The translations under genes were made by a program, and so were the position numbers. 64,000 nt of DNA from a virus (lineage: Duplodnaviria > Caudoviricetes), in the IMG/VR virus record IMGVR_UViG_2974778606_000001, positions 1 through 64,000 of that record; one strand, given 5' to 3'. Each line of letters begins with the position of its first letter. Positions within the stretch are counted from its first letter, which is position 1. Below the pieces are notes generated by a model. The model was given only the letters and a program-made list of their open reading frames with translations. It did no database searches and was not told where the DNA came from. Positions 33,002-44,219 of the stretch are shown piece by piece.

Positions 33002-36000
33002 ATAGAGAACATTAATATCCGCTTTAGTGCTACAGCGGACTTCCGTGCGGCAGCTCGTGAAATCGAGGCCATTAACGCTCAGCTTGCAGCAATGCAGGCT
33101 AATTTGGCGCGCGGTATGACGCCAGCAGCCCTTGCAACAAATCAGGCGGCATTCAGGAATCAGGTACGCAGTCTCGGTAGTATGACTACTGAGACTATGC
33201 GTGTTGCTTCTGCGTCTGAGATGTATACAAAGGCGCTATTGAAGGAGGATATTACTCTTCGTCAGGCACTTCGAAATCGTCAGACATTCAATCAGGTTCT
33301 AAGAGAGCAGTATCAGCTAAGCAGAGCTGCCTCAATGCAGTGGAGCACAAACAGTCGTGGTGGCTCCACCATGGACCTTATCGTTCCTAGAGACGCCCCA
33401 GAGCGTCTAGGTCGATTCAGACAAACACTCGGTGCAGTCCGAGCCGGAACCATTTCTACCAATGTAGCACTGGGAGAAATGGCCATCAAGATGGGTCTTG
33501 TTAGCCAGGTAGCAAGTTCAGCCGGTGCTAACATGATTAAGTGGGGTAAGAACACCCAGTGGGCCGGTAGACAGCTTATGGTTGGTCTCACAATGCCTGT
33601 TCTTGCGGCCGGTGCTGCAATGGGTAAGCTTGCATACGATGTCGAAAAGGAAATGACTCGTATCAACAAGGTCTACGACTTCTCTGCGACTCGTGACGAA
33701 AATGCTGCAAAGCATGCACAGGAAACCGCAACACTACGTGCTAATTCTATGAGAGCTGCACGAACGGCTGCGGAACAGTATGGTGCCTCAATGCAGGACA
33801 CTCTAAAGGTAGAGGCTAACCTTGCAGCGACAGGTGAGCGTGGAAACGAGCTTATCTCAAAGACAACTGAAGTAATGCGTCTCGCAACTCTTGGTGAAAT
33901 GGATTACCAGGAGGCAATGGAAGCTACCATTACATTGCAGTCTGTTTACAAGATGAGCGCTGACCAGCTTTCCGAGAGCTTCAACTACATGAACTCTGTT
34001 GAGAACGCAACTTCACTCAGCATCGAGGACTTCGCAAAGGCTATTCCAAAGGTAGCTGGACCTATGAATCAGCTTGGTGGTTCATTGCAGGATGTTGGTA
34101 CCCTATTGACTGCTATGCGTGCACGTGGTATCCAGGCGGTCGAAGGTGCTAACGCAATTAAGTCATCATTCACCCGAATCCTGAATGCAACTGGCCCGGC
34201 AAAGAAGATGTTCGAGGTTTATACAGGACAGACTCTAGAGGAGCTAGTACAGAAGACCAAGGGTGAGGTAATTCCTACCTTTATGGAACTGTACAAGGCA
34301 ACCGCTGGTCTTGAGCCACTAGCACGCCAGAGAATCTTCTCAAAGCTATTCGGTACTCAGCAGAACACCCGACTACAGGCAATCACCGACGAAATGGCCA
34401 ACCTGAATGATGAAACCACTCAGGTAGGTAAGGCTTACGCAATTGCCAAACAGAACGGCACCGAATGGGCCGACAGTGCTAGCCGAGAGATGGAAGCATT
34501 GCAGAAGTCTGCTTCTGGACGTCTAAAGATTGCTATCGAGAGTCTAAAGGTAGAGCTGGCAGAAGCCGGTAAGCCATTCCTTGAGATTGCTGGATACATC
34601 GTCAAGGGTGTTACCTGGATTGTCAAGGCATTCAATGAACTGCCAGGACCAGTAAAGTCATTCGCTACCATTGCAATTATTGCCGGTGCGATTGCAGGTC
34701 CAGTCATTATGCTTGTCGGTCTGTTCGCTAACCTAGCAGGACAGGCAGTCAAGATGGGTGCAGGTCTTCTTGGACTCGTATTCCGATTCCGTGCACTTCT
34801 ACCAGAGCAGGTAGCATCACGACTTGCCTCAATGCAGCAGACGGCAGCAATGCAGACTCAGCAGGGGCAGACTCAGGCCCTTATCGCAACGGTAAATGAA
34901 CTTACCGCAGCACTTGGACGAGCAACCGCAGCACAGCAGGGATTGACCCAGGCCCAGAGAACTGGACAGGCTGTTAGCGGAATTCGACCAGGTGTAGTTT
35001 CTGGTGCCCCACTTCCACCTCAGACAGCTCCACAGCCAACAATTACCGGGCCAATCACAATGACTGGTGCCGGATATCGTGATGCCGCTGGACGTGCTCT
35101 GACTCAGCAGGAAGTAAGAAACTGGCAGGCAGCTCAGGCAGCTTCTACAAGCATTAACAACAACTCTGCTGCGACACGTCGTAACTGGCAGCAGATGGGA
35201 AGCAGTTTTCAGAACCTTGCTCTAGGTGCAGCGTTTGTTGGAACAATGGCCACTGAGTCAGGCTCAATGGCAAACAACATTGCTCAGATGATGATTCCTC
35301 TGGCTCTGTTTGGACCAATGCTTATTGGGCCTGTGGTCAGATTCGCTGGCGCTATTAGAACAATTGCTATGCCAGCTCTCAGTGCCCTAGGAACGGCCGC
35401 CAGCTCTGTATTCGGAAGCATTGCAACTCGTGGTAGAACTGCCATGGGTTCAGTTCGTACGTCAATTGGTGGCGCGGTAACAGCATTGGGTGGTCTTAGC
35501 GCAGTAATGGGAACCGTCCTTGCAGCAGCCCTTGCAATCGGTGCAGCCTGGTATATCATCAATAAGAATGTAGCGGCTTCTCGAAAGGAACAGGAAAACA
35601 TCGAGAAGTCTTCCGAGGCATGGGCTAAGACTCTAGGATTCACTTACACCGAGCAGCAGAAGATTGTTGCTCAGGGAACTCACAATGTTTCTTCTCTGAA
35701 TGACAAGATGAACGAATTCAAGAAGAACAACAAGGACGCTTACCAGGATATTCAGAAGTTCTACGACTCAAGCGAGGCCGAGAAGTGGGGTCGTGCAATT
35801 GAAGAGGGTGTAAAGGTTCGTCTTCATGGAGGAACTGTAAGCGCGGCACAGGAAGCCGTTCGCACCTCTCTTGCAATTATGGGTCAGAAGTATTCCACTG
35901 CTGAATTCCAGTACAAGCTAAAGGCGCAGATTGACTTTGACGATGTTTCTCAGGTTGTTGAGAGGCGTCTAAAGGACGCTGCTCAGGATATGCGTGACGC

Positions 36001-39000
36001 GACCAATCTGAAGTTTGACCAGTCTAACTCTGAAAGCTTTGCACGATTCTTCGCTAACCCAGGAACCATCCAGCAGAAGGCCGGTGAGGCAATTAAGCAG
36101 AACGCCAAGGATTTGTGGGACATCTACGACAACACTCAGGAAACAGAAAAGAAGAAGGTATTCGATAAGATTGCCGAGTCTGTAAACGCTGAGTCTGTCA
36201 AGCTATTCGAGACCTATAAGAAGAAGTACTCCAAGGAATTCAAGGAGATGGGAATCGAGACCTTCAAGGACTGGACTGACTACCTGAACAAGGACCAGAA
36301 CATCGAGTCCGGTGTTGCTGACATTGCCCTTGGAGAAAAGCTTGGTCTTTCTGATGGTGAAATTCATAAGGTCCAGCGAGCTGGTGACGCAGTAAAGGGA
36401 TTCTCTAAGGAATTCGCTGACATGCAGGGTATTCCAAAGGGCAAGGCAGGAGTAAACTTCAATGACTTGACCAAGGAATTGCCTGAACTACAGAAGGTAA
36501 AGCAGGAGCTTATTTCCGTAAAGCAGGCCGAGGACGGATATTACTCAATGCTTCGCGAGCGTGCGCGTGCTGGAGCAAAGACAACTGACGCTGACAGACT
36601 AGCAATTCTTAACATGCAGCGTAGAGCGGCCGGTCTGGAAGAGGCAACCTCTCTTGAGCAGATGTTCCAGAAGGAAATCGACAAGAGCACCAATTCTCTA
36701 GACGAGAACATGAATTCATGGGCTGCAAACGCAGATAATATCGATGACTTCATTGGTGCCTACAAGGGTGTAATGTCCAATACTCGCGACGAGGCAATGG
36801 GTCGCGCGGAAGAAATCTTGAACGAGCAGATGCAGGGAGAAATCGACGGCATCAATGCTCGCTCTGAGGCGCGCTCAAAGGCACTGGACGCTGCACAGGA
36901 AAAGGCAGATGACAGATTCGATGCCCGACAGGAGCGTACAGAAAAGCGTTTCGAAGCCAAGCAGGAATCCCTTGACAAGAAGTTCGAGAACAAGCAGAAG
37001 GCGTTCGACAAGAAGTGGGATAACATCATGGAGAACCACGACAAGAAGTGGGAAAACCGAACTGATGCTATCAACAAGGCTTACGACGCCAAGGTCAAGA
37101 AGATTGAAGACGCAATCAAGGCCGAGCAGGATGCTGAGCAGAAGCGTCAGGAAATCTTCGAGAAGGAAAAGACTCGAATTCAGAGAATGGCCTCTCTTGC
37201 CAATCAGAATATCGACTTCAACATGGCTATCAATTCAGGTAACCTTGATGAAGCTGCCAAGATTGGTAACAACATCCAGGCCGACCTTGATTCTTGGGCA
37301 ACTGAAGATGCTGCGGCATCTAGCCAGTCAGCTTCCGACAAGAAGATTGCTGGTCTTGAGAACCAGAAGACAACTGTTGAGGCTGAAAGAGACCGTCGTC
37401 TCAAGGTCATTCAGCAGATGGAAGAGGCTGAGAAGAAGCAGCTAGAGGCTCGAAAGGAAAGAGAGCAGGAGGCTCTTAATGCCCAGCGAGACGCTGCAAA
37501 CAAGGCATTGCAGATTGCCCGTGAGACAGCTCTCAAGAAGATTCAGATTGAGCGTGAAGCCTACAACAAGGGAATTCAGGCTCAGCGTGAGGCATTGCAG
37601 AAGGAAACGCAGGACAAGATTAAGGCCACGCAGAGAAAGTACGAAGCTGCGAAGAAGGCAATTGAGCAGGAGCTTGCGACCCTGAAGGCATTCGTTCCAC
37701 GTAACAAGAAGGAACTTGACGAACAAATCAAGAAGATTGAAGAGGCTTACAGGAAGTACGGTGTAAACCTAAAGGGCAAGGGTAACGACTGGTCAAAGTA
37801 CATCAAGGACAGCCTTAATAAGAACATCAAGGTTGCTGCGGCTGACCTCAAGAACAAGATTGCTTGGGACAAGATTGCTAAGGACGTTGCAAACGAGATT
37901 TCTGAGGGTGCGTTCGGTCTAACCATTGGACAGTTCTCCACATGGGTATCTAAGGGTACCCTACCTAAGTCTGGCCTCAATGAGAAGTCTGGAAAGAACA
38001 AGTCTCTAGATTCTCACCACGAGGGTGGTCTTATTGGAGGAAAGGCCGGTGGCTCAGGTAGAACCGGTTACTCTGGTGGACGTGCTCACTCCGAGCTAGA
38101 TATTCGTGCCAAGAAGGGCGAATTCATGATGAAGGACAAGGCCGTAAAGAAGTATGGTCTTGACTTCATGGAGAACGTCAACAAGGGAAATGTCGACCCT
38201 TATGCAATCGGTGGTTATGGCGACAGCATGGGCCTTGCAGGTCTTCTTGGTGCTGGAATGGCCGGTATGATGCAGGCTGTAATCCAGGAAGGTATTAAGA
38301 CTGGTGCCAATCAGGCCCTAATGCTCGGAATGGATGGAACTGCAATTGCTGGTGCTGCTGGTACTTATGCAGGAGTTGGACTTAATGCAACTCAGATGCA
38401 GAACGCTGCAACCATTATCGGAACTGGTAAGGGTCTAGGAGCAAGTCAGCGAGACCTCATCATTGCGATTATGACAGCGATGCAGGAGTCCACCCTTCGT
38501 AACCTGAATTACGGTGACCGTGACTCTCTTGGTCTGTTCCAGCAGCGTGCTGCATGGGGTCCTGCCTCAGCTCGTACCAACCCAGCGGAAGCAACTCGAA
38601 TGTTCTTCCACGGTGGTGCTCAGGGACAGAGAGGTCTATTCGACTTCCCTAACCGAGACAAGATGTCATTGGGTCAGGCTGCACAGGCCGTTCAGGTTTC
38701 TGCATTCCCTCACGCTTACGCAAAGTGGGAAGACATGGCCCGAGCCGTTGTTGCTGCGACGACATTCCAGGCATTGGCAGGAAACTCTGGATTCAGACGA
38801 CCAATCAATGCTCCGGTTTCTCGACCATACTCACAGCACACCAACCTTCCACGAGCAACTGACTTTGCGGCCCCATCTGGAACCCCAGTTATGTCAGCAA
38901 TGAATGGTACAGTCGTAACCTCTTCCGACCTTCATGGAAGTGGAAATGGTGGATACCGTTCATACGGTCGATACGTTGTCGTTAGAAACGGTATGGACAG

Positions 39001-39424
39001 CACGCTTTATGCTCACCTTAGCAGAAGAAGTGCAAGTGTTGGGCAGACTGTTCGACCAGGACAGCTAATTGGTTACTCTGGTAACACAGGTAATTCAACC
39101 GGTCCTCACCTTCACTTCGAGACATGGCGTGGAGGACAGACAATTCCACCGGGTGCATTTGGTATTCCAGGTCTGCTAACTGGTGGAAAGGTCAAGTACG
39201 ATAACACCATTGCTAACCTTCACAAGAATGAGGCAGTTCTTACAGCTCCACTCACAGCAAAGCTTGAGAGTGGAATTGACAAGATTGACTCAGGAAGCGG
39301 TAACACGTACAATTTCACTATTAATGCAGAAGGTATCAATACCGAGATTGATTTTGAAAAGGTAGTTACCAGAGCACTCGATAAGATTGAGAGCAAGAAG
39401 GGAAGGAGTAGGGTAGTAAGATAA
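33002..39424 (+). CDS. Tape measure protein with C-terminal lysozyme-like and M23 peptidase domains
   Basis: ~2140 aa helical; AMQES..DRDSLGLFQQR; DFAAPSGTPV, YAHL, TGPHLHFE; first ATG at 33092 but frame open from 32996. Confidence 0.92.
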   Translation: MENINIRFSATADFRAAAREIEAINAQLAAMQANLARGMTPAALATNQAAFRNQVRSLGSMTTETMRVASASEMYTKALLKEDITLRQALRNRQTFNQVLREQYQLSRAASMQWSTNSRGGSTMDLIVPRDAPERLGRFRQTLGAVRAGTISTNVALGEMAIKMGLVSQVASSAGANMIKWGKNTQWAGRQLMVGLTMPVLAAGAAMGKLAYDVEKEMTRINKVYDFSATRDENAAKHAQETATLRANSMRAARTAAEQYGASMQDTLKVEANLAATGERGNELISKTTEVMRLATLGEMDYQEAMEATITLQSVYKMSADQLSESFNYMNSVENATSLSIEDFAKAIPKVAGPMNQLGGSLQDVGTLLTAMRARGIQAVEGANAIKSSFTRILNATGPAKKMFEVYTGQTLEELVQKTKGEVIPTFMELYKATAGLEPLARQRIFSKLFGTQQNTRLQAITDEMANLNDETTQVGKAYAIAKQNGTEWADSASREMEALQKSASGRLKIAIESLKVELAEAGKPFLEIAGYIVKGVTWIVKAFNELPGPVKSFATIAIIAGAIAGPVIMLVGLFANLAGQAVKMGAGLLGLVFRFRALLPEQVASRLASMQQTAAMQTQQGQTQALIATVNELTAALGRATAAQQGLTQAQRTGQAVSGIRPGVVSGAPLPPQTAPQPTITGPITMTGAGYRDAAGRALTQQEVRNWQAAQAASTSINNNSAATRRNWQQMGSSFQNLALGAAFVGTMATESGSMANNIAQMMIPLALFGPMLIGPVVRFAGAIRTIAMPALSALGTAASSVFGSIATRGRTAMGSVRTSIGGAVTALGGLSAVMGTVLAAALAIGAAWYIINKNVAASRKEQENIEKSSEAWAKTLGFTYTEQQKIVAQGTHNVSSLNDKMNEFKKNNKDAYQDIQKFYDSSEAEKWGRAIEEGVKVRLHGGTVSAAQEAVRTSLAIMGQKYSTAEFQYKLKAQIDFDDVSQVVERRLKDAAQDMRDATNLKFDQSNSESFARFFANPGTIQQKAGEAIKQNAKDLWDIYDNTQETEKKKVFDKIAESVNAESVKLFETYKKKYSKEFKEMGIETFKDWTDYLNKDQNIESGVADIALGEKLGLSDGEIHKVQRAGDAVKGFSKEFADMQGIPKGKAGVNFNDLTKELPELQKVKQELISVKQAEDGYYSMLRERARAGAKTTDADRLAILNMQRRAAGLEEATSLEQMFQKEIDKSTNSLDENMNSWAANADNIDDFIGAYKGVMSNTRDEAMGRAEEILNEQMQGEIDGINARSEARSKALDAAQEKADDRFDARQERTEKRFEAKQESLDKKFENKQKAFDKKWDNIMENHDKKWENRTDAINKAYDAKVKKIEDAIKAEQDAEQKRQEIFEKEKTRIQRMASLANQNIDFNMAINSGNLDEAAKIGNNIQADLDSWATEDAAASSQSASDKKIAGLENQKTTVEAERDRRLKVIQQMEEAEKKQLEARKEREQEALNAQRDAANKALQIARETALKKIQIEREAYNKGIQAQREALQKETQDKIKATQRKYEAAKKAIEQELATLKAFVPRNKKELDEQIKKIEEAYRKYGVNLKGKGNDWSKYIKDSLNKNIKVAAADLKNKIAWDKIAKDVANEISEGAFGLTIGQFSTWVSKGTLPKSGLNEKSGKNKSLDSHHEGGLIGGKAGGSGRTGYSGGRAHSELDIRAKKGEFMMKDKAVKKYGLDFMENVNKGNVDPYAIGGYGDSMGLAGLLGAGMAGMMQAVIQEGIKTGANQALMLGMDGTAIAGAAGTYAGVGLNATQMQNAATIIGTGKGLGASQRDLIIAIMTAMQESTLRNLNYGDRDSLGLFQQRAAWGPASARTNPAEATRMFFHGGAQGQRGLFDFPNRDKMSLGQAAQAVQVSAFPHAYAKWEDMARAVVAATTFQALAGNSGFRRPINAPVSRPYSQHTNLPRATDFAAPSGTPVMSAMNGTVVTSSDLHGSGNGGYRSYGRYVVVRNGMDSTLYAHLSRRSASVGQTVRPGQLIGYSGNTGNSTGPHLHFETWRGGQTIPPGAFGIPGLLTGGKVKYDNTIANLHKNEAVLTAPLTAKLESGIDKIDSGSGNTYNFTINAEGINTEIDFEKVVTRALDKIESKKGRSRVVR

Positions 39425-39825
39425 TGGCTATGACATTTATTAAGCCTCGTCTTATGCGATGGAATGGTAATGCCATCACTGACCACAATCGTGGTGAGCT
39501 GTCAGTAGACGTAGAGCGAATTGAAAAGAAGCAGCGCATGGCAAATGGAACTATGCGTAAGTACATTGTCGCAGATAAGCGCACCTTTGGTGTGCAGTGG
39601 CAAAATCTACCGCATTCTTCCTCCTATACGGTAGATGGTTTCTGGGGTGCGCGTCAAATTGAAGACTTTTTTGACGCCACCCCAGGAGCCTTCACATTGG
39701 AATTGACGTATGGAGATGGAACTGTGGAGACGTTTCAGGTGATGTTTTCAGACTTCAACATCAACCTTAGCAAGCGAGGTCATTTCGACTTCCATGAAGT
39801 CTCAGTAACATTGGAACAGGTATAA
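39424..39825 (+). CDS. Distal tail / minor tail protein
   Basis: Synteny after tape measure; RMANGTMRKY. Confidence 0.7.
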   Translation: MAMTFIKPRLMRWNGNAITDHNRGELSVDVERIEKKQRMANGTMRKYIVADKRTFGVQWQNLPHSSSYTVDGFWGARQIEDFFDATPGAFTLELTYGDGTVETFQVMFSDFNINLSKRGHFDFHEVSVTLEQV

Positions 39826-42800
39826 ATGCAGACAACGACTTTTGAGGTAAATAAGCTACTGAAGGAGGGGTACGCCGTCAAGGCAGTACCTCAGCTTATT
39901 GCTGAATGGAATCAGAATCGTTATGCGGGCATTCAGACGGTAGACAGCACCCCATCAGAATATGATGAGGGTGACCCAGAATACTACCCAATTGAATCAA
40001 TCGCTGACCCTCTGCGCCCTTCCAAGAAGGGAATTGTAAAGGCACGAGCGAGCGTTCAGGGAATTGTTTCTGAATACACAGACAGGCCCGGTGGAGTAAG
40101 GTACTACCTTGCTGGCCTTGATGACCCATATAAGTACTGGACCTCTCCAGTAGCCAGCTCTCTTATCGGTGGAGTCAATGGATTTTCAAAGACTGTCCGA
40201 CCTTACATCATCTACAAGACATCCTGCTGGACCAACAAGCTGTATTTCCTTTTCGAAACCACAGCAGCCTGGCCTGTAGATTATGACATTGATATCACGA
40301 CAGACGGCACGACGTGGACAACAGTTTCCGGAGACATCATTCCTGACTCAAATGGTCGAGTAACCATTTACAGGCAGGCCAATGGAACTTGGGGAACAAC
40401 CGTTTATCGAAGCAATCCAATGCTCATCAAGGGAATCCGTCTCAAGGTGAACACCATCTCAGCTCTTGGAAAGTACCTTGAGCTTATCGAGATGTCAGCA
40501 AGGCTTGAGCAGGACTTGACAGACACTTTGATTTCAAGTGATTCACAGTTCGATATGGGAACCACTTCATTCATTACGCCTCTCGGCGCTGCCTCTTCAA
40601 ATACTGCCAGCATTCAGCTATCCAATATTGATGGACGTTACAACAATACAAATGACGAATCCCTCTTTAAGGGACTCATCGATAAGAATGTAAAGTTCAC
40701 TTACAATATTGGTTATGACACAACGCCGGTAGGCGGAAGTGGCATGGTCTACATTAGAGAATACACAATGTATTCAGATAGCTGGGCTGGACAGGGTGAA
40801 GAAATCGCCACCGTTTCCTTGAAGGACGCATCTAAGTTCTTGCAGGAAATCAAGCCTCCAAAGATGTTCTTTGAGAAGATGACAATCGGAAGAATTGTTT
40901 GGCAGCTCTGTGACATCATTGGATTCAGCGACTATTTCTACGACAAGATTGACGATGACAAGGCAACTGTCATTCCTTATTTCTGGACCGATGGCGAGAA
41001 GACCGTATGGGAAATATTCTCAAGCCTGGCAGTTACGACTCAGAGTGCAATCTATTTTGACGAATTCGGAATTCTTCAGATTCTTACCAGAGATAAAGCT
41101 TACAATCTGGGCAATCCAATTGCCTGGCAGCTTGATGGCGTCCAGAATGGAACAAAGCTACCTGACATTATTGACCTCTCCCAGAAGTACGATTACGAGG
41201 CGAACAATGTAACGGTTCGATATGCCAAGACAGCAATGTCAGAAACGAAGGCCGGTAGCAGAACACCAGTAATGGACATTGTTTGGCAGCCAGAAGGCGA
41301 TGTAGTTCTTCGTTCAAGTCAGCTAAGAGAGTCAATGACTGATTCTCAGATGTTCATCAGAATGACCGGTAGCGAAGCGGCTGTATGGCCATACTCAGGA
41401 ATCATTGAGTGTGAGGGAGAACTCATGCGATATGACGCCAAGGGATATTGGTACTACAACAAGTCAAAGGTTCTGACCTTCAAGGCAATCACCTCTTCAG
41501 ATGAGAAGAAGCAGATTGACGAGGAGCTTTCAGACCCAGAGCTGGCATTCAAGAATTACTTCTCTGGATGGTTCAGAATCACCGAAAGAGGTCTTTGGAA
41601 CACTTATCCAGCAGTTCACAAGAATGACGCTGCCGGGTATTATGTCAAGGTTGCCAATTACAAGGGCGACTACAAGACGTGGACCGGAGGCTTTGTCCAC
41701 AACAAGGACCAGTCAACCATCAGCTTGAAGGCCACCAAGAATACCAACATCAATACATGTTATGTTGCCTCACGTGGTAGCAGTCTTGATAAGAGCATTT
41801 GGTACGTGGGCACCAGGCTTCGTTTCAGGGACTCTGGATACAACAACGGCATGGCAGGAATTGCCTTCAATCTGGGCGATAAGGACAAGGGTTACTACCT
41901 TGAGCTTTGTAGAACAGACAGGCTTCCTGGCGGTCGAAAGTATCAGAATGAAGTCAACTTCTACATTCGTAGAAGCAATGGAAAGCTGGAGCGATTCGGC
42001 CCTAATAAGGGCAAGGGCGTTGCTATGGCTATTTCAAAGAACGTCTGGTACGACATTGACATTGCCATCCGAATGGAGAACGGTGTTTATGGAGACCCTG
42101 GTGCATTCGTTGGTCACGTAATTGAAGTTGCGATTAATGGTGTCCACAAGATGACCTTCACCATTCCTGTATCAAAGAAGGAGCCTCTGACCGGACGATT
42201 CGGTTGTTTCACTCGTGGATTTACTCACGCTGACTTTGAGTACCTTTACGGAAATGGAACGACAGAGAACTTGCATATCGATAAGACTGGATTCTTCGAT
42301 AGAATTCGAGGCGGTATTGTAAGTAGCCAGGCGTACACGGAATGGCTTTACAAGTGGCACTTCACGAGTCACATCGTAAAGAAAAAGAAGAAGTATCTAT
42401 GGGCACGATATGCGCAGAGATTCTTTGACGACTTCGGTCCAATCTGTCATGAAGTAAGAGAGTTTGATGTGACATTCGATAAGGCACCTGCGGTGCACTC
42501 GAACATCTATTTCTCAAATACAACACAGATTGTGTGTCCAGAGTATTCAGCCGACCCATTCGGTGCGAAGTTCATTCTCACCAATGCCTATCGAAGCAAT
42601 GCCATTGTAAATGGCGAAGACACCCTCACATATGGTGCTGATAATCCAGTTGAGCAGAAGCTGATGATTTATGGTCGAACTGTCACAAAGGAAGACGAAA
42701 AAACAATCGTCTCCAAGAACGACGATGCAATTCGTCGTCGTGGTCAGGTCGATACAGAATTGCAGCCAGAATGGATTCAGTCAGAGAGTGGTGCAAAGGC

Positions 42801-43023
42801 ATTGTCTGATTGGATTACTCATCACTGGGCAGAAGGATGCGATGAGGTGGAGGCTGAAATCTTTGGTAATCCATTGATTCAGCTAGGAGACATCGTGTCT
42901 GTCAATTATCCGCAGAAGGATTTTGACCCGGTACATCACAGGTACTTCGTGGTAAGCATTGGTCGTAGCTATGACCAGGGTTACGAGAATACGAAGCTCA
43001 CCCTGCGACGTGTCAAGATTTAA
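39826..43023 (+). CDS. Large minor tail (hub/tip) protein
   Basis: 1065 aa; IYFDEFGIL, GNPLIQLGDIV. Confidence 0.75.
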   Translation: MQTTTFEVNKLLKEGYAVKAVPQLIAEWNQNRYAGIQTVDSTPSEYDEGDPEYYPIESIADPLRPSKKGIVKARASVQGIVSEYTDRPGGVRYYLAGLDDPYKYWTSPVASSLIGGVNGFSKTVRPYIIYKTSCWTNKLYFLFETTAAWPVDYDIDITTDGTTWTTVSGDIIPDSNGRVTIYRQANGTWGTTVYRSNPMLIKGIRLKVNTISALGKYLELIEMSARLEQDLTDTLISSDSQFDMGTTSFITPLGAASSNTASIQLSNIDGRYNNTNDESLFKGLIDKNVKFTYNIGYDTTPVGGSGMVYIREYTMYSDSWAGQGEEIATVSLKDASKFLQEIKPPKMFFEKMTIGRIVWQLCDIIGFSDYFYDKIDDDKATVIPYFWTDGEKTVWEIFSSLAVTTQSAIYFDEFGILQILTRDKAYNLGNPIAWQLDGVQNGTKLPDIIDLSQKYDYEANNVTVRYAKTAMSETKAGSRTPVMDIVWQPEGDVVLRSSQLRESMTDSQMFIRMTGSEAAVWPYSGIIECEGELMRYDAKGYWYYNKSKVLTFKAITSSDEKKQIDEELSDPELAFKNYFSGWFRITERGLWNTYPAVHKNDAAGYYVKVANYKGDYKTWTGGFVHNKDQSTISLKATKNTNINTCYVASRGSSLDKSIWYVGTRLRFRDSGYNNGMAGIAFNLGDKDKGYYLELCRTDRLPGGRKYQNEVNFYIRRSNGKLERFGPNKGKGVAMAISKNVWYDIDIAIRMENGVYGDPGAFVGHVIEVAINGVHKMTFTIPVSKKEPLTGRFGCFTRGFTHADFEYLYGNGTTENLHIDKTGFFDRIRGGIVSSQAYTEWLYKWHFTSHIVKKKKKYLWARYAQRFFDDFGPICHEVREFDVTFDKAPAVHSNIYFSNTTQIVCPEYSADPFGAKFILTNAYRSNAIVNGEDTLTYGADNPVEQKLMIYGRTVTKEDEKTIVSKNDDAIRRRGQVDTELQPEWIQSESGAKALSDWITHHWAEGCDEVEAEIFGNPLIQLGDIVSVNYPQKDFDPVHHRYFVVSIGRSYDQGYENTKLTLRRVKI

Positions 43024-43059
43024 TTTTGCTTTGAGTAACAGCTCAGATATAATTGCTTC

Positions 43060-43425
43060 ATGACCATCAATAGCAATCAAATCATCAAGAAGCCTGATGT
43101 CGTTATCGACCCCAATTTCTTTCTTCCACCTGGGGTCGTTGACGCTCGTTATCCAAACGAGATTGAAGTCACCACGGAAGAGGTCACGGATGTAGTCGAT
43201 ACAGACGATATTCTTGACGTAGAAAGTGATGATGTAATTCTTGACGAATCAGAAGAGACTGGTGAAGACAATGACCCAGTTGTTCTATATCCACCTGATA
43301 CCGCAATCGTTGTCAGTCAGACAATCAGATTCGACGGTACAGGAAAGCAGGTAGTAGACGTAATTCTGGAAGTACCAGACGTAGATGATTCAATTCAGGT
43401 AGACGTTAGGATGACCAAGGCATGA
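43060..43425 (+). CDS. Acidic minor tail-associated protein (leaderless)
   Basis: TATAAT-6nt-ATG; synteny. Confidence 0.65.
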   Translation: MTINSNQIIKKPDVVIDPNFFLPPGVVDARYPNEIEVTTEEVTDVVDTDDILDVESDDVILDESEETGEDNDPVVLYPPDTAIVVSQTIRFDGTGKQVVDVILEVPDVDDSIQVDVRMTKA

Positions 43426-44219
43426 TAACAACTCAGGGAAAGTCAGTAATCTTCAGGTATCTAGCAGGAAACCTCCCTCGAATTGCAGAGTCAATCGCAC
43501 TCGGAATTGGTTCAACAGCCGAGAACGTCAGCGACACGGCTTTGAAGTTTGAGGTCGACAGGGTTCCTGTTGCTTTGGTGTCTGCGGATATTCTCAACGA
43601 CAAGATTATTTTCAAGGGCACTATTCCACAGGAATACGTGGGAACCATCTACGAGGTTGGACTATGGTATGGAACGCCACCACAGACCTCTGGAGGCAGC
43701 ACAGTAATTGTGTCTTTTGATTCGGAGACTGAGGAGTGGACCCCAGCAACATGGAATACCGCATTGGCCAGAATCGGCACAGACGCTCTACAGGTTGCTG
43801 GTGGAAGTAGTTCCACCCTGTCAGATATCGCCCTTGACTTGTCTGTATATTCAGACGCTGACTTTATGTCATTGGCTTACAACGCAGATGCTGCAATCAA
43901 CAACATCGTAATCAGGTTCAGCACAGATACAACCAATTACTACGAGTACAGTTTTGCAGCGGCAACCGGATATGAAGTCAAGACAATGGGCAAGACACTA
44001 TTTACAGCAACTGGAACTCCTGACTGGAGCAATATCACTTCAATCACTGTTTCAGCGACCGGCACAGGAAATGCAGTCTTCGATGGTATTAGAGCAGAAG
44101 ATGCAGACACCATCAGCACAGACTACGCGCTTGTAGCAAGGTCAGTCCTTCCAGTACCAAAGGTAAAAACTGCTGATACTGAGATGGACATTGAGTACGC
44201 ATTGGAAATCACTATATGA
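43422..44219 (+). CDS. Minor tail protein
   Basis: MITTQGK..I, IALGIG, IYEVGL. Confidence 0.7.
   Translation: MITTQGKSVIFRYLAGNLPRIAESIALGIGSTAENVSDTALKFEVDRVPVALVSADILNDKIIFKGTIPQEYVGTIYEVGLWYGTPPQTSGGSTVIVSFDSETEEWTPATWNTALARIGTDALQVAGGSSSTLSDIALDLSVYSDADFMSLAYNADAAINNIVIRFSTDTTNYYEYSFAAATGYEVKTMGKTLFTATGTPDWSNITSITVSATGTGNAVFDGIRAEDADTISTDYALVARSVLPVPKVKTADTEMDIEYALEITI

Larger units (their letters stand above)
20666..43053 (+). promoter_or_regulatory. Structural-gene promoter family TTGCW-N-(A)TAAC...TAnnAT, several leaderless
   Basis: -35/-10 at 20666/20689, 21857/21880, 23663/23686, 26026/26049, 28863/28886, 31546/31569, 43026/43048. Confidence 0.65.
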
